From: Choristocarpus tenellus KU-1152
Taxonomy: Eukaryota; Protista; Phaeophyceae
Assembly (NCBI GenBank): GCA_964200185.2
Contig: CAXNAD020000012.1
Coordinates: forward strand, 1-48,456
Reading direction: 5' to 3'
DNA: 48,456 bases
Shown here: positions 37,360 to 48,456 of the stretch, one piece after another
Layout of the letters: the number at the start of each line of letters is the position of its first letter
How positions within the stretch are numbered: position 1 is the first letter of the stretch
The notes under the pieces: generated by a model
What the model saw: the letters and a program-made list of their open reading frames with translations, nothing else
What the model was told of the DNA's origin: nothing
The model's database searches: none
Made by a program: the position numbers and the translations under genes

Positions 37360-38453
37360 TCAGTATTGAGCATTCATGAATTGAAGTAGCTCCCTTCTGC
37401 CTCTTTCTCTAGCGTGGTCTTCAGTGGTCCGGTCAATTTTCATCTTGATTTTTTTCCCAGTAATTACGCTCCGCCTAGTGTTGGGATCATCTGAACTGTC
37501 GGAATCACTGTCACTGCCACGCTCAAGCTCCTGCAAAAGTGAGAGGGAAGCAGTGAACAGAGGTGGTCTGTTATGTAATCTGACATCCAGTAAGTAGTAT
37601 GCAGTATCCAGAGCAATTTTACTTTGGTACATCATGGGCGTGGTACCAATATTGCAGATTTATCTTACAAAGCATTCGGGAAACACAGGCATGCACGCGC
37701 GCGCACACACAGACACACACATAAACTAAAAATGTCTTCATATTCTTTGTCTCGTCTAGCCATTCCTGTTCTCGTTGACACGATACAAAGCAGAAAAATA
37801 TCTGTATATCATTAATACTTTGGAGATTCAAGGCTGTACACTAAGAACAGTTTCGTACTATTATATCACCTTGTCAAAATTCGCCTTCTCCTTCTTTCTC
37901 TCTCGCTTCTTCTTCTTCAACTTCTTAGAGCCTTTCTTCTCCTTCCTGCGCTTCTCCTTCCTTTTCCTTTTCCTCTCACTGGATATGTCTCTTGACCCGC
38001 GTTTATCCCTGTGCGATTTCTTGCGGCGATGCTCTCGCTCCTCCATGGAACCTTCTGAGCTCCCGTCACTTTCCCTCTCACTTGAACTGCTCCCTGGTGA
38101 ATCTGGATTTGGGCGTTCTGAGAGGGCAACGGCAGGCATGCCCATGTCCTTGTCTTTCGATGAAAATCACCAACATAGACCAGGGCTTGGGTTTTCAAGA
38201 GGCGGGCTAGCCCCTGTGCCGAGGCACCAACAGCAAGTACGGTAATCTTTGAGGCAGATATCAACCACACTGCGAGGGATAGATGTGTCATTTATAGCAT
38301 GGAACGTGAGTCTGTTCTTCTCTTACTCCCTACAATAGCACTCCCTTCCTAAAACAGCTCTTACTACAACAGTACTTTCACTTCTTGCCGCTCACTTCTC
38401 TTCTTCCTCCTCCCCCCATCACTGCCTCTGTCTTCATTTTTAGCATCCTCCAT
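37360..38453 (-). CDS. 170-aa Lys/Arg/Ser-rich low-complexity protein with a C-terminal RRSVITGKKIKMK...RRELLQFMN motif; function unknown, probably nuclear
   Basis: Exons 38453-38396, 38153-37870 and 37530-37360 with GT-AG borders and consistent phase (58+284+171 = 513 nt), ending in TGA. I recall the C-terminal motif from uncharacterised plant and fungal proteins. Confidence 0.8.
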
Positions 38454-38633
38454 CCTGTGATATTGTGTGTAGTGTAGTGGGGATACAAACTATTATTCAA
38501 GGCAACAGAGCGCCCAGAGCCACTCCGAGTTAACACCAAACCGGAGAAATGGTACCTGTATTATTAGTGTAGGATTGTTGATGTGTTGTGAAGTGTTGGT
38601 GTCCTTGATTATTTTAGTATTACCACTGCAATT

Positions 38634-40214
38634 ATGGCCGTCGAGATCCCCAACGCTGGTCGATTGTACGAGATAGATGAAGATGAGGGCGGCACACTTC
38701 AGCTGCAATGGATGCGTGTTGATGTAGGTAAAATTTCTTGCTCTTACTTCCAAGATCGCTCAATATCAGAATTTCGATGGGTTTTATTCTCAAATGTTCT
38801 CTCCCCACCATTATGAAACTCACTCCAGATGACCAACTTGAAGCACCAAGGTTGGTCTGATACCAATGGATGCAATAAGTGCTGTTCGGATCCATGTGAC
38901 AGAAATGTCCTACCATCGGTGTACGGGCTCAACCCGTTGGAGGTATGATCGACTTTCATCTAGTGGAGTGTCCACGTGTACAGGTCATGACCAATATCTC
39001 GTCCATCTCCTTGGTGTAGGTAAAAGGGTCATTATATGATGTTACTCAGTCTTCCATTTTTCAGCATGCAGGTTGTCTTTCAAATTGAATGTCTTCCTAT
39101 TTTTTTCTTGTCTAATACTATACTCGCAATATTTCCTCCCCTAGTTGTTCCCACTCACATTTGTGGGGTTACCTCGGGGCTTCACATCCCCAGGAGCGGA
39201 TAAACCGAATGGGAAGCCAGAGACACAGGAGGAAACACGGGTAAGAGGTAGATGTGCAATCACAGTTCCTGGAAATCGGTGCGGAGCAGTTCATGGGTTT
39301 GCAAGCTCACGTTACAAGCCTGGAAAAACTGCACATTGACCAGGAGCACCAACTCCTTCAAATAGGGAAGGATCTGACGTTTGCTCTTTCGAGTGACCAC
39401 TGTATTGGGAAAAAATTGCCGGCTAAACTCCTCCATGCTGCAGCAGAGCTGGGAGCCTCTGATTGGTCCACGTGCTTCGACAAGTTCATCGATATTTCGA
39501 GGTGAAAACAAATATTATCACTCGTTACAGGAATCCAACAATTTCGTGTAGCCTAATTAGCTATGTCCTTATGATGCGTCTAGCTTCTTGTTAGTACACC
39601 AAACAGTGCTCTAAACTACTTTATTTCCACTTATTACACGGTTCACCCAGATGCGAACCTGAGCTCTTGATGCAGCTTTTGGCTTCCTGTGACAGTATCC
39701 CTCCAGAATGCCTGGTGGAATCTGTGCTGCCTTCCCTACTTGCTCATGAAAGCTTGACGCAAGGCGAGAGAGGAGGGGAAGGATATAACAGTCGTAATAC
39801 CAAGTTGATGGAACTATGCAACACAGTTGGACGGAATGCTTGTTTGAAAAGAGCAGATCCCAAAAAATTCAGGGAACTTGTCACTGCAAGTGGGCTTCGA
39901 GAAATGGGGCGATTGGGAAAGGAAGCAGAAATATGTATTGCGGAGGCATTCTTCTATGCATACTAGGTGATAAACTCAATTTTCAGGCAATGTAATGTTG
40001 CTTGGCTCCTATTGAAACGTCCCTGGGAAATTGGACTCTTGATGAGATTCCAAAGCCATAATAGTATAATAGTCACATCACCAATGATGTAAGAGTACTC
40101 ACTTTTCTTTTAGATGATTGGAGGTGTGCAGACCTGGTTGGTTCAATTCTGTGCAGATCTCCCAATTTTGTGAAAGGACAAGCTGGAAAATACAAAGATG
40201 AATCTTATGATTTG
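38634..40214 (+). CDS. Multi-exon gene of unknown function, possibly pseudogenised; 3' structure uncertain
   Basis: Exon candidates 38634-38723, 38829-38942, ~39193-39501, ~39650-39966 and 40114-40214 with GT-AG borders and protein-like translation (MAVEIPNAGRLYEIDEDEGG...; FLEIGAEQFMGLQAHV...; CEPELLMQLLASCDSIPPECLVESVLPSLL...; DDWRCADLVGSIL...). Further possible exons at 40753-40833, ~41476-41560 and 44629-44711. Confidence 0.6.
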
Positions 40215-43200
40215 GTAACTTTGGCCTCTCACCTTCAGTGTATTGCCACATATTAAATTCTTTCTGCACTCTTACACACTGCGCATCTATTGTTTTATTT
40301 TAGGGTGGTGAGTCTTCTTATCTTGTTTGTCTTGCTGCCTTGCTGCCATGTCTCTATCCAATTCTGGGATTTTCCCTTACTTTTGTCTTGTTGCCTTACT
40401 CTTCTCTATGTGAAGTTGCATCAACAGTACCAATGCAAATCACATGACTTTCTGTCCTGGTGGGAAAAAGTGATATCCTTGGCACACATGATCATATCTT
40501 CCCAAACCCCATACACCTACATCAGCATGCACTCAAATGGTTCTCTTTTCACTGACAAAAAAAACATCGCACCAACAAATCACAATTGCCAACCATAGTC
40601 ATTTCCCCATCAATATCTTCTGCCTCTGTTTTTACATTGAATAGCATTTCAGAATGCCTCAAAAGAAATTCCTCTTTCCAAAGATGAAAGGATTCGCACC
40701 ATGATCATATCTACCAAACCCTTTGCTCACCCTGCGTTTACATTGTAAACAGCTATTGTCCACGCCTTGTGGATGTCCTATGGTCAAGAGATATATGAGG
40801 GGAAGGAATAATGTGTTCGCTTCAACTGTCTAGGTAGGGATCAACCCCTGGTACCAAGAGGGACTCCTCCCAGTCACTTTGACCGTGGACCTATCAACAG
40901 CAGTCACCTGTGTTTAATCCAGCGATCCTCCTCTCTTCAATCTTTTGATCAAAATCACAACGCTTAAGCCATTAAGTGTGAGGATGCTGAGGCTAGACAG
41001 GAGATTGCAATTTACGAGTGCCAACAAAGCATGTAAATACAATAATATTGCATCTAGGCGAGATAGAGCAATGCAAGATAAGGATTACAGGAGAAATCGG
41101 TGTTTGAAATTAATATATATCTTACTTAGAAGGGATCGGCAGTCTCAATACCCACCCAATCCAGGCTTGATACAAAATAAGCACCCCATCTGCAACATCA
41201 TGACACACATCTCCATTCTTCTGCTTTTTGTTCATTGCATGCATATTCAGATGTTGTATACTCACACCTGCGTTAGTGGTTTACATGCTACACCCACAGC
41301 TTTTTGGCGGACTAATCAATTTTTTTTGTTTTATTATGTATTGCTAACTCTCACTCTAAAGCAGCTGATATCGAAAGCACATATGATAGGGTCAAGTTCA
41401 TCTGTATGATACAAAGTGGGCAAAGCTGTTGTGTACTACCCTCCATGAGCACCTTGTTGTGTGCTCTGCCTGCAGCTTTTTGGTATTGGCTAGATTATAC
41501 CCGTTTAGGAGTGTTGAGACCTGCAACAGATGAATTGGCTCACTTATATTTAATCGACAAGTAACTAAGACAGAACTGCAAATGTTCAGTTATTCAGTTT
41601 TTTTATTATTTCATCAGAAGGTAGAGAGGACTAGAAGTACACTAATCTTTATTGCACTATGACATTGGAAGAAATACAAACATTATGTTGTGTTTTGTTA
41701 TATGTTCTCACTTGTATATATGTTTATCTTCTCTCCTCTAGTACTGACATATCAAGAACTCTGTAATTGTGTAATATAATTCTATTATTAATATTATAAG
41801 AAATTCAAGTACAAAAAAAATAGTGGAAAAAGATCAGAAAATTACTGAACCTGTGAACACCAAAAATTGAGTCATACTACCAAGAAAACATGAACCCATC
41901 TCAAAAGAGCATAACAATATACCATCAACAGAAGAGGCGTGTTGAAATCATGAAGTCATCGCCTTTTGCGGTCAGACACATGTTCTTCAACCTTTGTTGA
42001 TGAAAACTTGACCATAGGTCGTTCTTCACTATCACAAGATATAATGCTTTTGGTGATGGGAAAGTAACACAAAATAGAGTTCAAGTCAAAACTTTGCACC
42101 ACAGGAGGGGCTCTTCACCATGCAGGGAGCCTTCTGCCTTGTGGCACATTATTCAGCGCTCTGTGCTCTCCTTCGTACCCACTACTCAGAAGTTCATGTG
42201 CCACTACTTCAGTGCCAACGATTAAATCAAACTAATTTTCAATTAGCTCACAACATTACCATTTACCCCATTTTTGGTTTAGGTGTAGGGTTAGAGTGAG
42301 GTATCCACTCCGCACCAACTTTATGGAGCCTACACATCCTGGAATTGCCTGTTTCCTAACTACTTTGAAGTATTTTACTACACTATCATACTAAAATAAT
42401 AACTAAATTAAAATAGGAATTTCTTACAATTTTTCTTTTTCACTTTGGCCTAGCGACTAGCCTGACCTGCAGACAGAATGTTATTATGAACTCAATATCT
42501 CCCACACTACCCAACCATTGTACTACAACCTAACTCACTGCCTCCATTCTTGCCTTCGTTCTTGCATGTTGGGTTTAGCCATCCTATTCTTCATTTCTCC
42601 ACCTCTCTTGAACCTCTGTTGCAGTACTCACTTTGGTGTTGGTCCACAATGAGGTCGTCCCGCCTCACTCTGGTTCTCCAGTGTTTTACTTCATGGTACC
42701 TCGACGGAGAGGATAGTACAGGTGTACCATCTGTTGTACTTGTCACATGACCTTTGGATTTCTGAAAACAGATTTCCCTCAAGGAAAATAAACTGGCATC
42801 CACAGTACATGGAGAATAAAATACTGGAGAATATATCCTCTGGGCAGTCATCTGGCACTATCGGGTGAACTGGGACGTATGGACTTATTTATCTGACAAT
42901 ATAACGTAATATAGTGCAATATAATGCACACACACTGCATACAAGAATTAAGTACAATGGTGATGAATTGGTCTGCCAGTACATAATTTAGCAATTGTAC
43001 CGTATGTACCATGGCAATGTTGATATGTCAGTACATCTTTTTTCTAAATATCTACTGTTAATAGTGTACATATTCTGATATCACTAATCCTACACTTTGT
43101 CTATTTGCAAATACTATATTTTGTGCACTGACATTTTACAGATGTGTTAGGGATCCATATTTTTGCGGTATGTTCTGCATAATTTACAGTCAGTATGCAC

Positions 43201-44906
43201 AATAAACCTTTACAATATTTTTTTTGTAGTTGCTGAATTCATGTGTAGGTTGATGCACACTCTCTTTTTTTCACTTGAATACACAAGAAATGATAAGTGA
43301 CAATCCATAATCTTATTAGTACCAGTCCACTACTCTGTTGTGACAAAAGTGTTTGTAAGTCACAAGGAATATATTTGTTGTGATGGAAGTAAAAGTCCAT
43401 CCACCTGCTTAAACCAGCTCCGGGAGATGTATTGGGAGTGGAAAGAAGATGGTCCAAATTCAGGTATGAGATTTTTTTTCTGAAGGTACAGCTTCTGCCC
43501 CAGTTATCCTTACAATAAATCTACAAGGTAAACCTGACATGAAATTCAAATCCTTACACTACCAGAAACAGTTGGCAAAAACCATATTCCCACAGCTCAA
43601 GGCAACATTAAGTCAATGTGATGATGTGCATCTCAAGTGTCATACAATCCCAACTAAGAAGTATTCACATTTTGGGTGTCTTCCAATATAATTTATGCGA
43701 GCTGAAGTAAAGGAGAAGTATCCAGGTTTGGTCTGTCAAGAATATGCTTTATATTCATGTATAGAAGAAGATTCTGTAAGAAACTAAGGATGAAGAGGCC
43801 ATGTTTTTCTGAAGAATGGAAGACATGTTTGGGTTTAAGAACTAGAATTGGAAGAGTTCAGGAATAGGAAGCATTGTAGGAAGTAATCTACGATTAGTGA
43901 TTACTGATCCACAGAATAAAAAGGATTTGGTGTTAAGAACCCCCCCCTTTTGGGCTTGGATGTTCACTCCTCCTTTCACCTTCCTTACTTCATGTACAAT
44001 CTGTTCTACACAATAAGGATTTAATCAAGTCCATTACATTCACAAATCTTACGAACATCAGCTTCTTTAACATTGTTGTTTTGCATTTTAAGTCTTTTTT
44101 TTTAATATTTTAGAATTCACCCATATTATTAATTCTACGGATGAACTTTCAAGTTTTGACTTGAGAGCGTTTATTTCTCTATTGTTTGAAACTTTTCTGA
44201 CACAATTCACAAAATATTCTACATGCATTTGCAAAAAAAGTCAAATTTTGCACATAATTGTCAGCATCCTTAAATTGCAACTTTAGGTACCTCTCATTTA
44301 CGTTGACTCTGTATGCCATTTTTAATACCTTCTGTGTAGTACACCCTGTTTTCATGTTTATATGAATATAGAATCCCATAAAAAAAGGTGTCTCTACAGA
44401 ACAGAGGCTGACTAAAAATCCACCATAACTGAGCTAAGGCCCTTTTTGTAATGTACTTAGGGCATTTCTGGATATCCATATATAATACGACTGCGTGTAT
44501 GTATCATTAGTATTACTCCAAGCCTCTTTTTTTTAACATTATTTCAAGTACCTTGCCCCAGAGCTATAGTGAAATCATAAGCCTCTTCTTCCTGTTTTGT
44601 GCAATGCCCCTCACCTCCCATCTCACAGGTGCCCTTATCTTGGGCTGCAAGAGGCTAGATGGAGAGCAAGGTAAAATCTCCGTGACCGTACATGAGCGCA
44701 TCAAGAAGTAGGCCTTTGTTTTAGAACCTATTTATTACATGTATAGAAAATATAACAACTATTAATATTTTGATTTTACATCAATATTTCATTACTAGTG
44801 CTAATGATACTTGTAATATCATAACGAGAACCGTAATTAACATATTACCCTGGTTTTAAAATGTTTCATTAGATCAAGTATAATACAGCCAATTGTTCAT
44901 TTTCAG

Positions 44907-45312
44907 ATAAAAAAATATCACGCTAATTTGAGCATTGGGCCAAAGTATCTTAGAGGGTAGAGACGCGTCCTTTTGATAGCCAAAATTCAATGTTGTGATT
45001 TTATGTAATTTTGGCCATCGTATTTGTTAGGAAGTGTCAATATCCTTGTTCCAGTCACACCTTTTCATAACGCATATATTTTACCTACTCCGAAAAAATT
45101 TGGAGTGGGAAAATGTTAAAAAAAAAAATGACGGGTAGCCAAACCCCAAACGGACAAACAGGGCAAATCTCGTACCCTCTAAGGTACTTTCACTCATTTA
45201 TATGCTCAATAAAGTATTCTGCTTGATCAAGGGTCCTAGGATATCCATCTAAAATGCTACCTTCTCCACATTCATCAGAGAGAATAAGTTTCCTAACAAT
45301 TATATTTACCAG
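44907..45312 (-). pseudogene. adk: Adenylate kinase internal fragment, bacterial-like, split by a MITE
   Basis: LVNIIVRKLILSDECGEGSILDGYPRTLDQAEYFIEHIN|AQISVIFFY once the MITE and one TSD are removed. Contains the Adk signature (G)xxLDG(F/Y)PRxxxQA. No P-loop upstream. Confidence 0.75.
44937..45195. mobile_element. PIF/Harbinger (Tourist-like) MITE, family 1, second copy
   Basis: TIRs gggccaaagtatcttagagggta / taccctctaaggtactttcactc; TSD ATT (44934-44936, 45196-45198); 259 bp; reverse complement of 7330-7588. Confidence 0.87.
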
Positions 45313-48300
45313 AAGACGGATTGGCACAGTACTTAATCCGTCATAAAAGGCAAGCGTTGAACCATGTTGTGTTATATATCCACAACTGGTTTGACCGACT
45401 GTGGTCTCTAGGCACCCATTTGATGCATCTATCAAGATGTCATTGGCCAGCCTTTTCGAGAGTATTAATTTTACCAGGTAGATACTGGAGGGGATTGTGT
45501 TGGTGATGTGAGGTGTTACGTATCAAGTTGTGTGGGTGACAAGCATACATCAACCTGCGAAGGGTATAGTTCTCTGTGCAGTGGTATCATGTAAGTCATC
45601 TACCTCTATCTGTTGTCCTCGTAGTGTATTAATGCAACATTATGATTCAGACTCCCATACCCACCCTCTCTCCAATTGGAAACTATCACATGATCACTTA
45701 AATTGATCTGCAATGGTTGCTAGCGTCCTTCCTGGTGCTGAACTTGAATTTACAGGAGAGACAAGGGTAGAGTAAGCATGTATTTGTAGAGCTGTCACAT
45801 ACTTCTGCCACACTGGTGCCAACTGGGATGAACATGATTGATGCAAAGAGACAGACCCTTGTACTGGGGTAAACATTCTCTATAGGACATGCAGCTAGTC
45901 CCAGCATGGTCACCACTTTAGTCCAGAATGATTACAAACTTAGAGAAGACATGATATTGAAGTGTGGATAAACTGCTGTAACTTCTGAACAAAGGAGTCT
46001 TGAGGTTAGATAGACACAACCAACGATCCCCGCGTTTCCCTCAATACTAAGGGCATGGAAAAGTTATTTTAGAAAAAGTTGTAACTCCACTTGTTGAAGA
46101 GGTGGAGAATGTGGCTATATGTTATTATTGATGATCAATTGCAGCATCATCACAAGGTCCTCCACCTGCCCCACCCCCCCTTTGCATCCTCAAAATTCTT
46201 AGAAGCCTCTTGCGTCAATTCCTCATTCTGTAAGCCTGATCAACTGGTATCCCTGCTCCAGCCTATGTCCCCTACCATTCCCATTACTATGGAACAATCC
46301 GTCCTGCTCCTTCCAGATCTTTGATAATTCAAACACATTTTTTCTGCTAGCCCTATGTGATGTCATCATTTTCTCCAGAACGTTTGTGTGTCCAAAGTTT
46401 GCAACCATCAACAGACCCCAAACCAGAATAACCACAAAATGATATGACACGGTAAACAAGAGGGTTGTCGTGCAACACATCCTGGTCTTATTTGGAATCC
46501 TCAATCACAGCACCCATACACATAAACATGGTACATTTTCTCACCCAGCCAGCTGTGTGGCTCAGGGGTCCTCTTGCTTCCGTCCCCCACACCTGATTTC
46601 CTTTGCATCTCTTGTACTGATACGCTTTCCATTCCTCCCACACTCCTCCAATCCTCCAAATGCTAACTACAGCAGAAGAAGAGCTCTGGTTGCTGGACAA
46701 TATATTTGTGTACTTCAGATCATCCACTTGGAGATCTGAAACTCTAGCTGAGCTCGTGCTATTCTTTTGGCTATATTTGATTACCTTGTTCTTCACCCAC
46801 CGCAGAACACCCTCTTTTACATTTTAGAAATCCCTCACATACCACCCAACACCACTAATCCCCAAACCACTCAGCACCTCCATGGGGATGCTTGTGAAGG
46901 AAGGTTGTATTGTATACCTGATGTTGGGTGCTACTGTCATTAAGTCAGATATGAATTACATCTCCTTTGGGAAGAAACGTTTGGTCAATTCTATGTAACA
47001 TCAACAACCAATGGCACATTGAAGGATTTCTTCCACATTCACTTTGACAAGGAAAGAGATCAAATCCTCACTAGAAATGAGAAGAAGTCAAAAAATCATT
47101 TTTGATCAAAAGACTCATGTTGCATAGAGGTTTTGCAAACTAATTCCCACAACAAAGAGGCATTGTCTTTGTTGGATGAATCTAGATTTGCAATGCCCTC
47201 CTATTGTGCTGTTCTATCACACCATCCCCACTGGTATCATTCCACACTTGAAGAAAGGGAGGAGGTGCTGGTCCCCTGCGGTCATTACATGGTGATATAT
47301 CATCTATTTGTGAACACATCCACTCTTGAATGGTGGGAGGCCCAGTCCAAGTAGTATTCACCAGCTTTGGTGTGCTACTCCTCCTACATAACATGGCCAG
47401 TAGAGTAAAAGATCATCGAAAAAAAATTAAGCATCTTACTGTTACTCCTGGTATCAATCACACTGCTCTCAACGTGTTCCACTTGCTACAGCACTGCCTC
47501 TTGTACGTCAACAAGGCAGATTGTAGATTCTATACTTGGCTACATCTGTCTTCAGGGAAGACCAGATACATTTATCTTCAACCACACCCCCAGGACTCAC
47601 TCTGACAGCTTATTGTACCTTGGAATTATTGCCATTGATGGCATGATGGCAGGGTGGCATCCCTGTCATACTCCGCACAGCCAACAGAGGCACAGTCCCC
47701 CATTTACAGATAAACATCTCTACATTACTACCAACCTCATGAAACCAGCCAGCATAGGTCAGGGTTGTAGCTGTGGGGCTCGGCCTTGACTGCTGTCACC
47801 CCCACCTTGTTCACCACACTCATAGGATCCATATCAGACTTAGAGTTGGGGCCCTGGGCTAAAGGAAAATCATCTGTGAGCTTATGGACCACTTGACCCA
47901 ATTGAGTAAAAGCCCCAAGGCTTACTATTACTAGCCTCATCCACTCTAGTGAGGCCTAATGGGTAGCAATACACTGACATTCCTTCTCCTTAGGCTCCAT
48001 ATCTTGACCCCCTGTGGTGGATGCAGCATCAGGACTGGGGAAAAAAAATTGTTTAGGCATTCTACCCATGGGACAAATCTCCAACCTGGCTGCCTCCAGG
48101 AGAACCAAGCCCCTCCTGGGAGAACTGTCAAAGCACCTGCTGAAAAATTCAACTCCAGGATATCTTGAAGGGTCTTGCTTCTCACAATAAACACATCACC
48201 ATTGCCTAGAAGGACTGCCACGGTCGCGTTTCAATGCTGGAGAGGTACCTGAGGCGTGTGAAGCGCCAGGTAAAGAGGTACCGTAACCTCCTGAATGGTA

Positions 48301-48350
48301 CCCTGCCAGTCATCAGTCGTGTCGACAGATGTGCAGGCATGACAAGGCAA

Positions 48351-48456
48351 GACTCAAAGCATCTGGAAGGGGGGGGAGTCTACACCAGGGTGTCCATTTG
48401 GACCCTGATCAGGAGAAGTGAACTTACATTATCCACCTGATGCATGCAACCAAATC
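48351..48456. mobile_element. MITE family 2 copy, runs off the window end
   Basis: gactcaaagcatctggaaggggggg...tctacaccagggtgtc... is the reverse complement of ~32890-32998. Confidence 0.75.

Noticed and set aside
39650-39966. FANCE-like identity for the plus-strand gene
   Set aside because: Only a vague helical-repeat resemblance; not supportable without a profile search.
39242-40810. Stop-codon reassignment (TAA/TAG read as Gln) to explain in-frame stops
   Set aside because: The two clean genes need no such readthrough, reassignment does not fix the frameshift, and pseudogenisation or sequence error is simpler.

Overview
Eukaryotic, intron-containing, transposon-rich nuclear DNA. A photosynthetic stramenopile such as a brown-alga relative is my inference from the transposon protein styles and intron signals, not a determination. 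Host genes: (1) a spliced WD40 gene resembling MEP50/WDR77 at the left edge (minus strand, runs off the window); (2) a complete 3-exon gene for a 170-aa Lys/Arg/Ser-rich protein (37360-38453, minus); (3) a divergently transcribed multi-exon gene of unknown function from 38634 that appears to carry lesions. The centre (about 12.4-31.1 kb) is a nest of decayed transposons: a copia gag relic, a Ty3/gypsy pol fragment, a Tc3-like transposon with very long TIRs, a LINE scrap, and eight LTR copies or fragments of one Ty1/copia family that has repeatedly inserted into itself. The most striking feature is this family's LTR. It carries a degenerate tRNA-like Pol III cassette (A-box, B-box, T-rich tail) followed by a copy-number-variable array of TGACG(T/C) motifs. 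Also present: two families of 3-bp-TSD Harbinger/Tourist-like MITEs, one copy of which splits an adenylate kinase fragment that looks Rickettsiales-derived; a dispersed ~300-bp repeat forming a triple inverted structure; and about 5 kb of decayed, intronless, coding-like DNA of unknown (possibly viral) origin. No rRNA, intact tRNA or CRISPR array was found.
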